From: an uncultured Chloroflexia bacterium
GTDB taxonomy: Bacteria; Chloroflexota; Chloroflexia; Thermomicrobiales; UBA6265
NCBI GenBank assembly: GCA_963724295.1
Contig: CAVRUC010000001.1
Location: 96,001 to 160,000, forward strand
Direction of reading: 5' to 3'
Length of the DNA: 64,000 nt
Shown: piece after piece, positions 1-8,290 of the stretch
How the letters are laid out: every line of letters starts with the position of its first letter
Position numbering within the stretch: position 1 is the stretch's first letter
Program-made: the position numbers and the translations under genes
Notes under the pieces: model-generated
Database searches by the model: none
The model's input: the letters and a program-made list of their open reading frames with translations, nothing else
Told to the model about the DNA's origin: nothing

Positions 1-1297
1 CCGCGTCGGCGACGCCATCGAGATGACTGAGCTGGTGGACGTAGTCGTGCGAGGGCATCATCTCCGAGGCGTCGACGGTCAATCCGTTGTCGAAGGCCAA
101 CACGAGCCGGTCGAAATCGCGCACCGAGAAGTAGCGGTTGAAAACTGCGGCAACGGCGCCCTGGACGAGCTTGTCGACGATCTGATCTTCCTGAATTTCG
201 CCCAGTCCCTCGATCTCGATCTTGCCGGTCGTCGACGCGAGGACTCCGGCCAGGTCGGAGACGCGCGGAGCCGTCTGCCGCTCGCCGAGCCGGATGGCGC
301 GGCGTGTCGCGTTGGAAACGATGTTCTCGTAGTTCGCCACGCTCATGCGAACCGACACCCCGGACCTCTGTGAGACGTCGTGCGAGCGGCGCGCCAGATG
401 GGTCAGCTCGGCAACGATCTCCTTCATGAACAATGGCACCGTGGCCTCGATGCCGGCCGTGCCGTAGATCGATCGTTCCTGCTCCATGATCTCGATCTCG
501 AGGTCGATGGTCTGCGGGTAGTGCGTCCTGATCTGCGATCCATAGCGGTCTTTGAGCGGGGTGATGATGCGGCCGCGATTGGTGTAGTCCTCCGGGTTGG
601 CCGATGCCACAACCAGGATGTCGAGTGGCAGCCGGATCTTGTAGCCGCGGATCTGAACGTCACGCTCCTCCATCACATTCAGGAGGCCGACCTGAATTCG
701 CTCGGCCAGGTCCGGCAGCTCATTGATGACGAAGACGCCGCGGTTCGTGCGCGGGATCAACCCGTAGGAGATCGTCAGCTCGTCGGAGAGATAGCGTCCC
801 TCGGCGACCTTGATCGGGTCGACCTCGCCAATCAGGTCGGCGATGGTCGTATCCGGGGTGGCCAGCTTTTCACCGTAGCGCCGGTCCCGTCCGACCCATG
901 CGATCGGGGTCGCGTCTCCACCCTCGGCTATCAGGTCGCGGGCATAGCGGGAGATCGGGTGGAATGGGTCGTCATTGATCTCCGACCCCGCGACTATCGG
1001 GATCAGCTCGTCGAGCAAATTGACCAGACTCCGCGCCAATCGGGTCTTGGCCTGGCCGCGCTCGCCGAGCAGGATGATGTCCTGGCCAGAGAGGATCGCG
1101 TTTTCGACCTGGGGAATGACTGTTCGATCATAGCCAACGATGCCAGGGAAGAGCTCATCACCCTTTCTCAGCCGGGCAATGAGGTTCTCTCGCATCTCTT
1201 CCCGGATCGAGCGGGCTCGGTATCCGGATTCACGGAGCTCGCCAAGGGTCGAGGGCCGGGCGCCCCCGTCGGCCTGGACGGCAGCGACGTCACTCAC
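1..1297 (-). CDS. ChlI/MoxR-like AAA+ ATPase (magnesium chelatase subunit I-like), runs off the left edge
   Basis: Not in the ORF track. Manual minus-strand translation from GTG at 1297 gives MSDVAAVQADGGARPSTLGELRESGYRARSIREEMRENLIARLRKGDELFPGIVGYDRTVIPQVENAILSGQDIILLGERGQAKTRLAR (Walker A variant GERGQAKT). GAGG RBS upstream. Confidence 0.85.
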   Translation of the reverse strand, partial: MSDVAAVQADGGARPSTLGELRESGYRARSIREEMRENLIARLRKGDELFPGIVGYDRTVIPQVENAILSGQDIILLGERGQAKTRLARSLVNLLDELIPIVAGSEINDDPFHPISRYARDLIAEGGDATPIAWVGRDRRYGEKLATPDTTIADLIGEVDPIKVAEGRYLSDELTISYGLIPRTNRGVFVINELPDLAERIQVGLLNVMEERDVQIRGYKIRLPLDILVVASANPEDYTNRGRIITPLKDRYGSQIRTHYPQTIDLEIEIMEQERSIYGTAGIEATVPLFMKEIVAELTHLARRSHDVSQRSGVSVRMSVANYENIVSNATRRAIRLGERQTAPRVSDLAGVLASTTGKIEIEGLGEIQEDQIVDKLVQGAVAAVFNRYFSVRDFDRLVLAFDNGLTVDASEMMPSHDYVHQLSHLDGVADA

Positions 1298-1442
1298 GGG
1301 TGTGGATCCTCTCTTCTTGTTGACCATCGCGTCGGGTGCCCTCTGGGCGATGCGGCAAAGCCGTTGAGGAACTCAGGAGAGATGGTGGCTCGACGCGTGA
1401 TACCGCGCCTGTGTTGATGCTACTCGCCCGCCGGGCGATGAC

Positions 1443-2252
1443 TCAAGGTTCCAGCTCTCTCGCACCCGTATCGGTGCACAAACTTCCCACTGGAAGGTGC
1501 GCGATTCGCCGGTCCCGCAACTCCTCCAGGATACGCTGGCGACGAGCAAGCTCTGGCTGTGGGAACCACATTACTGGATTCGGACTAGTCAGCCAAGGGC
1601 TCCTGGGATATGTCGTGTTGATCAGCGCCGGTCGGTGCGAAGCCGCGCAATGGCGACACCTTCCCGGGTTGGCTCCAGCCGCCAGATCCCCCGCACTCGC
1701 CGCCCGCTCTGTGTCTCCTCATCGCTGATCCAACACCACGACGAACTCGAACGCGGCCGTCTGGGCCGCACGGATATGAAGCGGGCTACCCGTCAACGCT
1801 CCGACAAAGTCGTGAACCGAATCCGCATGCGCTGTGGCCAGCAGCATGAAACCTCGCTGCGCGGTCTCCAGGATTCGTTCGACTGCCGGGCCCCACAGGT
1901 AGACCGGCAGATGGGGACTGATCTCGTTGATCATCAGCGCTGTCTCACGCGGGTTGATCGTGGAGTCTGTCAAGAACGCGAAGGTTTCGAAGCACCCTCG
2001 GAGGTAGACACGGCGCGTGTCCGGCGGCAGAAAGTCGAGTAGCGCGGTGAGCAGCGTGGTCTTTCCCACCCCACTCGCACCCGAGACCACCACCACAGAT
2101 TGGCGCCGTGCCAGCGCCGCCCAGAGGTTGGCGGCTGTTCGGCAGTCGATGGTTTCGTCGCGCAACAAGTCGGCGATCCCGCGACGCGCGGGCGCCTGCC
2201 ATCCCGGACCCCACCAGGCGAATGGTTCTTCGTATCGAGGCTCGGGGCTCAC
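1443..2252 (-). CDS. Stand-alone VirB11/CpaF-like P-loop ATPase; ORF stops at 1719, but coding-like sequence continues after a probable frameshift
   Basis: Walker A GASGVGKT, Walker B-like LMINEI, His-box ATAHA. Downstream frames read DEETQSGRRVRGIWRLE and WFPQPELARRQRILEELRDRRI up to TGA at 1443. Confidence 0.65.
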
Positions 2253-2295
2253 ATATGGGCCTTACACCCAATCGGACATCAGATCAGTTAAGGGC

Positions 2296-3318
2296 CTAGT
2301 CAGTCTCCAGTTTAGCGACGTATGGGAGATCCCGGAACTCATGCCTGCGGGACAGGCCAAAGCCGGCGAGCGCAACGTCCGGTACGGCGAATCCGCGACA
2401 CACGACCGGCACGTCCACGACTCGCGCCGCCTCACGATCCATCAGCGCGCAGGTTTCCACGGAGCAGGCGCCGTGGCGGCGCATCCAGGCCGTGAGAAAG
2501 GTCGCGCTCAGCCCGGTGCTCAGCACCTCCTGCACCAGAGTCACCGATCGCCCGGCAAGAGAGGTCGCGGGCAGCCGAGACACGCGAACACGACTCGGCC
2601 CGGGGTCCGCGCCGAGTGAGCTCAGCGCGACCCGATCGAGATCGACAGGGACGCCCAAGCCACGGACATTCTCGCCCAGCGACGCGAGAAACCGTTCTGA
2701 CCCGGATCCGACACCGACGAGCAACGGCCGTTGACCGCGTCCACTCGCGACCTTTTCGCCCCAGGCCTCGACCAACTGATGCGCGAGCTGCGCGATTCGC
2801 ATCTCGACGTCTCGCTCGGCATAGAGGATGCCGCCTATGCGAGCCTCTCGCTCGGCCTGCGACGGGCCATAAACGTCTCGCAATCGCTTGAAATCCCGCA
2901 GGTAGAGCAAGCGGACTCGCACGTTTGGGTACGTTTCGCGCAGGAGCCGGAACTTTCGATTCTTCCGGGTGACGAGCCGCTGTCGCATCGTCGTCAGCTC
3001 GAGATACAAGTCGTGCTCTGGGAGGTAGAAATCGGGAGTGACGAACTCTACTGGCCGCCCATCCCTCCCCCACCGCACCGCGAACGTCGTCGGCTCGTAC
3101 GCCCACCGCAACCCATAGAACGTCAGGAGCCGCGCCAGCTCGATTTCGGCCGGGTGAGCGAATCGGTCGTCATTCGGTTGCAGCAACCACCGCAGTGGCG
3201 GGAGGAGTTCCTGGCGAGGTGCTTCATCGAGATCGACCGCGGGGCTGCCAGGCTCCTGAGTCACATCGGGGCATTCATCGACTCCGCTCTGACCTTCAAG
3301 AGTGGTTGCCCGGGACAT
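2296..3318 (-). CDS. PD-(D/E)XK-like nuclease domain fused to a degenerate hypoxanthine phosphoribosyltransferase-fold domain
   Basis: N-terminal EIELARLLTFYGLRWAYEP...PDFYLPEHDLYLELTT. C-terminal HPRT-like LAGRSVTLVQEVLSTGLS...GFGLS...FRDLPYV. Confidence 0.75.
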   Translation of the reverse strand: MSRATTLEGQSGVDECPDVTQEPGSPAVDLDEAPRQELLPPLRWLLQPNDDRFAHPAEIELARLLTFYGLRWAYEPTTFAVRWGRDGRPVEFVTPDFYLPEHDLYLELTTMRQRLVTRKNRKFRLLRETYPNVRVRLLYLRDFKRLRDVYGPSQAEREARIGGILYAERDVEMRIAQLAHQLVEAWGEKVASGRGQRPLLVGVGSGSERFLASLGENVRGLGVPVDLDRVALSSLGADPGPSRVRVSRLPATSLAGRSVTLVQEVLSTGLSATFLTAWMRRHGACSVETCALMDREAARVVDVPVVCRGFAVPDVALAGFGLSRRHEFRDLPYVAKLETD

Positions 3319-3566
3319 GGGCTCCCCGCACCCCGCGCCATCACCCGGCGGGTCACCGGGTGTTGCCGCGATGGTCGATAGCTACTGCCGTTGTCTGCGG
3401 GGGATAGCCGCATTCTGGCACCCGCGGACCACGATCACAACAGCCCAAATGGCAACGCTTTCTAGGAGTTCCGGGCCAAATCGAGCCAGTATTGCCCTCC
3501 GCAAAATCCGCCGGCGGGAGAGTTTTCAGCCGCATACGGGCGAATCGACGCGGTGGCGCAGCGTGC

Positions 3567-3944
3567 CTACCGCGCTCCGTCGTCGACGATTTCGGTGTGC
3601 CCCGGAGTCAAAATCGACAAATGGGTAAAGCTGGTATCCGGATTGGCGCCGTGCCAATGCCTCGTCCCCGACGGCACGAACGCGACGTCTCCCGGTTGCA
3701 AAGAATGGTGTTCGTCATCCGTGGCCACGAAGCCGGTTCCCGAAGTGGCGACCAGCACCTGGTCCGTCGTATGGCGGTGCGGGCGGTTGACCGCTCCGTC
3801 CTCGAACGTCACCGCCGTCACTCGTAGCACCTCCCCGAGCGCCTCGTTGACGACTTCCTGTGTCGAAACAGCACCGACGAAGATCGGATTCGTCGAGGGC
3901 GCACCTTGCGAGCGGTCGAGGCGTACATGCCGAATCCCCGCCAT
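3567..3944 (-). CDS. Cupin domain protein
   Basis: Cupin motifs PHRHTTDQVL and LQPGDVAFVPSGTRHWHG; start set to ATG at 3944. Confidence 0.85.
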   Translation of the reverse strand: MAGIRHVRLDRSQGAPSTNPIFVGAVSTQEVVNEALGEVLRVTAVTFEDGAVNRPHRHTTDQVLVATSGTGFVATDDEHHSLQPGDVAFVPSGTRHWHGANPDTSFTHLSILTPGHTEIVDDGAR

Positions 3945-4028
3945 ACTTGCTCTCCCTTCTGGTTCATCACTGGAACGGGCTGTGCCGTGGCGCCATCGAG
4001 GAAGTATGCCGGTCCGAGGCCGCAACGA

Positions 4029-4217
4029 ATGACTCACCATCTTCTTCCCGAGGAAGACGCCCTCGACGACCCGGATGACGACGATGATGCCGATCCCACG
4101 CTGCCCGGTGACCTCTGGTTTCGCGACCGGTTGCCGTCCACGCTGAAGACAGGTGTGCGCGGGAGGGCCTCAGGTCACGTCGTATACTCCCGGGCGTTTG
4201 TGCCGTTGCCGGCTTGA
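4029..4217 (+). CDS. Possible small acidic hypothetical protein (62 aa)
   Basis: ATG at 4029 with GAGG upstream; MTHHLLPEEDALDDPDDDDDADPTLPGDLWFRD. No recognised family. Confidence 0.3.
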   Translation: MTHHLLPEEDALDDPDDDDDADPTLPGDLWFRDRLPSTLKTGVRGRASGHVVYSRAFVPLPA

Positions 4218-4284
4218 AACCAGGCGACACGGCGATCAACTCGCACTTGCATCATTCATCTAACGGGAAGAGGGAAAACTTCGC

Positions 4285-5715
4285 ATGGCAGATCAGCAGT
4301 ACAGCCCGCGGGACGGCCAGGCCTTCGACGTCGTCCTCATCGGCGGGGGTACTGGCGGCTACGTAGCCGCCATCCGCGCCGCACAGCTGGGGCTCGATGC
4401 CGCGGTCGTGGAGATCGACAAGTTAGGGGGTACCTGCCTCCATCGTGGGTGCATTCCGACCAAAGCATTTCTGAAGTCGGCGGACGTTTACGAGGAGGTC
4501 CAGCACTCCGCGGATTTCGGTGTCGACATTGCCGGAGAAGTCTCCTTCAACTACCCCGCGGCACTGGATCGGTCCTTCAAAGTCGTCAACGGGCAATACA
4601 AGGGTCTGCAGTACCTCTTCGACAAGAAATACAAGATTCCCGTGATCGCCGGGTTTGGTCGCATCGCCGGTCCCGGTCAGGTCCAGGTCACGCCAGCGGG
4701 CGGCGCTGCGCCGTTCACACTCGCCACGCGCAACATCATCATCGACACGGGAACGCGGCCCCGGGCGATCAAGGATCTGCCATTCGACGGTGAGCGAGTC
4801 ATCAATTCCGACCATGCGGTTGTGCTAGAGACGCTACCGCAGAGCTTCATCATTCGCGGCGGTGGCGCGGTAGGCGTCGAATGGGCCTCGATTTATGGCC
4901 GCTATGGCTCGAAGGTCAGTCTGGTCGGGCGCGTCGTTCCCGCCGAGGACGAGGAAGCCGCGGCCGTCCTGATTCGAGCCTTCAAACGACAGGGCATCGC
5001 CGTCTTTCCGGCTTCTCGCCCAACCGCGGACGACATCGACGTGGCCAAGTCGGGTGTACGGATGCGAGTTAAGGATGAGCGGGGCAAGGAAGAGGTCGTC
5101 GAGGCCGACGTCTTGCTCGTGGCCATCGGCCGCGAGGGGAATATCGAAGACATCGGGTTGGACAACGTTGGGGTGGCAACCGAGGACGGACTGATTCCGG
5201 CCGACGCCATGATGCGGACGAATGTCCCGAACATCTTCGCCATCGGTGACGTCAATGGCCAGCAGATGCTCGCCCACACGGCTATGCACATGGGGGTCAT
5301 CGCGGTCGAGCACATCGCTGGGCACGATCCCTACCCGCTCGACGTCCTGAACTCGCCGATGGTGACGTTCTGCCGGCCGGAGATCGCCAGCGTCGGACTG
5401 ACGGAGAAGCAGGCCGTCGATCAGGGTCGCACGGTTAAAACCGGCAAGTTCCCGATGCGGCCAAACGGCAAGGCCGTCATCGAAGGAGAGACCGACGGCT
5501 TTGCCAAGGTCGTGGCCGATTCCGAGACCAACGACATGTTGGGCATGACCATCGTCGGCCCGCATGCCACGGAGCTCATTGGCGGCCTGGCGATGGGGCG
5601 GCTGCTCGAGGTAACACCGGAAGAGATCGGAATCAGCGTCTTCCCGCATCCGACGGTCTCCGAAGTCATCCACGAAGCCGCGCTCGATCTGCTGGGACAC
5701 GCACTCCATATCTAG
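4285..5715 (+). CDS. lpdA: Dihydrolipoyl dehydrogenase
   Basis: GGGTGG FAD motif, redox-active GGTCLHRGCIPTK, C-terminal HPTVSE. Confidence 0.95.
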   Translation: MADQQYSPRDGQAFDVVLIGGGTGGYVAAIRAAQLGLDAAVVEIDKLGGTCLHRGCIPTKAFLKSADVYEEVQHSADFGVDIAGEVSFNYPAALDRSFKVVNGQYKGLQYLFDKKYKIPVIAGFGRIAGPGQVQVTPAGGAAPFTLATRNIIIDTGTRPRAIKDLPFDGERVINSDHAVVLETLPQSFIIRGGGAVGVEWASIYGRYGSKVSLVGRVVPAEDEEAAAVLIRAFKRQGIAVFPASRPTADDIDVAKSGVRMRVKDERGKEEVVEADVLLVAIGREGNIEDIGLDNVGVATEDGLIPADAMMRTNVPNIFAIGDVNGQQMLAHTAMHMGVIAVEHIAGHDPYPLDVLNSPMVTFCRPEIASVGLTEKQAVDQGRTVKTGKFPMRPNGKAVIEGETDGFAKVVADSETNDMLGMTIVGPHATELIGGLAMGRLLEVTPEEIGISVFPHPTVSEVIHEAALDLLGHALHI

Positions 5716-5737
5716 ACTTCCGCGGCGTGACCCACGT

Positions 5738-6235
5738 TCACGATCTCTGACTTCGTTGGGCGGATAGCCACTCGTCCAGGATGCGTTGATCGCGCGGGAA
5801 CGCGAGCTCGGGCAGATCCGAATAGGCGAACCAACCCACCTGCACGAGGTCGTCTCCCGCACGCGGCTCCCCGACCGCGGAGCTTGCTTCGTAGACCGCG
5901 AGGACAACCGTTTCGCCCTCGCTCGAATACAGCCCGACCAGATCTCCGACGACGACGTCGAGCCCGGTCTCCTCCCGCGCCTCGCGTGCCGCCGCCCGCT
6001 CGACCGGCTCACCGCGCTCGACGAAGCCCGCCGGGAAGCTCCACTTGCCCGGTTCGCGGGTGCCTGGTCCGCGCTTGCCAAGCAGGAGGCGCCCGGCGCG
6101 GGCGATCAAGACGGCCACCGCGAGCTTTGGGTCCAGATACACGATCTGGCCGCAAGCCGTGCAAACAGGCCGCACGCGGCCCTCGACATCGCGTTCTTCG
6201 GTCAGCGAGCCGCACACCGCGCAGTGCTGTTCCAT
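5738..6235 (-). CDS. NUDIX hydrolase with N-terminal zinc ribbon
   Basis: CxxC...CxxC, and Nudix box GFVERGEPVERAAAREAREETGL. Confidence 0.9.
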   Translation of the reverse strand: MEQHCAVCGSLTEERDVEGRVRPVCTACGQIVYLDPKLAVAVLIARAGRLLLGKRGPGTREPGKWSFPAGFVERGEPVERAAAREAREETGLDVVVGDLVGLYSSEGETVVLAVYEASSAVGEPRAGDDLVQVGWFAYSDLPELAFPRDQRILDEWLSAQRSQRS

Positions 6236-6316
6236 GGCTGAATCGTTTCCGGCAGGCGCCGAGTCCTGGCCCGCGGGATTGAAGTCCCTCCCGGCGCCTG
6301 CGAATTCCAGGCGGTC

Positions 6317-8047
6317 TCAGCGGACCCCGAGGACCGTCCAGGGATTTGGCACCGCACCGATGGGAACGGCGATCAGTGTCGGCTCATTGGCGCGAATCGA
6401 CTCTCCGACAGTCGTTCATAGCTTTTCAGGCGTGTCGGCGTGCCGCCCGGTGACTCCAAACGCCTCGGCGAGCTTGAGGAAGTTCGGATTCAGCAAGTCG
6501 GAGGCGATCGTGCGACCCCCAAACTGCTCTTGCTGGATCCGCCGCACGTTCCCGAAGGCGTCGTCCGTGAAGACGATGGTGATCGCCGCGATCCCGTGCA
6601 TGGCCATGGTCGCCAGCTCGTTCAGGCAAAACCCGAAGCCGCCGTCACCATTGATCGAAACCACCGGCCGGTCCGGATGCGCGACTTTTGCTCCCAGAGA
6701 GGTCGGGAAGCCGTATCCAAGCGTGCCCTGGTATCCCGGGGTGACATACGTCAGCGGCTCGTAAACGGGAAGTGCGAAGTTCGACCAGTAGCCAACCTGG
6801 GTCATCTCGGATACGAAGATGCCGTCATCGGGCAGCGCCTCGCGGATGGCGAGCGCGTACTCGGCCTGCGGTCCGACGGCACGCGCCCGCGCGGCCACAC
6901 CGCGCTTCAGCTCTTCCAGTTCCGCGGCGCGATCTGGCCGCGCCGCGCCCCCGCGCTCCAGGAGATCGGCCAGGGCCGCGAGCCCCGCTTTGGCGTCAGC
7001 CTCGATGCCGACGTTGACCGGCGTATTTCGCGCGATCTCTTCGGGGTCGATGTCCATCTGGATGATGGTCTGACCGGGCCTGACGCCCCACTTGGCCGTC
7101 GCCGGGTCGACGAAGCGGGTACCGACCGCGAAGATGACGTCGGCCTCGCGCAGGAGCTCTATACCGCCCAGAATGTTTTGCGCCAGCGGATCTCTGTCGG
7201 AAACGGCGCCTTTCCCGTTGGCCGTCATGACGACCGGCGCTTGTAAACGCGCCGCCAAACGGCGCAGCTCGTCCCAGGCACCGCTTCGCAGCACCCCGCC
7301 ACCAGACCAGACCAAAGGTCGCCGCGCGTTATCGAGAAGGCGTGACGCTCGCTCCAGTGATTCCGGATCCCCGGCGAACCGCTCGGGTGCTTCCGCCGGC
7401 GGGAGCAACTCGATCTCCGCGGCCGCGAATAGCGTGTCGGGTGGGATCTCGATTTCGACCGGGCGCTGCCGGCCGCGCTTGACCTCCGCGAATGCTCGTT
7501 GCACCAGGCCCGGGATCTCCGGTGGCGTCGTTGCGCGTTCGGCTTGCTTCGTCACCGAGCGAATCATGCCGAGTTGATTGGGTATTTCATGGAGAAGCCC
7601 GCGGCCGAACTCAATGAGATCCGACTGGATCTGCCCCGTCACACAGACCACCGGGGAATTGCAGGCGTACGCGGTCGAGAGCGCGGCCGTGGCATTGAGC
7701 AGTCCGGGGCCCGGTACGACCATGCATACGCCGACCTTGCCGGTCGTGCGCGCGTAGCCATCGGCCATGTATGCCGCGGCCTGCTCATGGCGCGGGTGAA
7801 TGACGCGAATCGCGTCCCGCTGCTCGTAGAGGGCGTCAAACGCTCCATCAAGCTGGACACCCGGCAGCGCAAAAATCGTGTCGACGTCATTGGCAATGAG
7901 TGAAGCGACCAGTGCCTGACCTCCGGTCTGCTCTCGCGTCGGCGTCTCGGTCGCTATCTGGTTGTCGGTCGCATTCCGCTCACGCGTTTCGATCAACGGT
8001 CGATCCTTCCCAAAAACCGCCTCCCAGGACGGCACAGTTCGCGGCAC
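6317..8047 (-). CDS. Thiamine-diphosphate-dependent enzyme (acetolactate synthase-like), with an in-frame TGA at 6416-6418
   Basis: RHEQAAAYMADGYAR and ThDP motif GDGGFG...N. The frame continues past the TGA as TTVGESIRANEPTLIAVP to a stop at 6317. Start uncertain. Confidence 0.85.
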
Positions 8048-8290
8048 TCTCCTACTTCCGGAATTGTAGTCTGCAGACCTCGATTGACTGTGACACCGCT
8101 CCCTCTAGACCTAATGCTTCCCTTTCGTTAGTATTGGAGCAGCCGCGCTGATCGATGGCGGTTCGGCGTTCCGGACGTGTGCCAGCTCGGTGGTACACTA
8201 CGCCAACGCTGGACCAGACCTCGCCGTGGATTTCCGTCGGCCTGACCGACAGACGGGGTTTCGCATTTCGTCGTGCAGGGGTTCGAACGC

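Noticed and set aside
23..1417. Plus-strand ORFs 23..373 and 380..1417
   Set aside because: Antisense shadows of the minus-strand AAA+ ATPase, which the ORF track missed because it runs off the edge.
6416..6418. Selenocysteine recoding of the in-frame TGA
   Set aside because: The position is in a helix where Arg (CGA) fits; it is not a redox Cys site and I saw no convincing SECIS.
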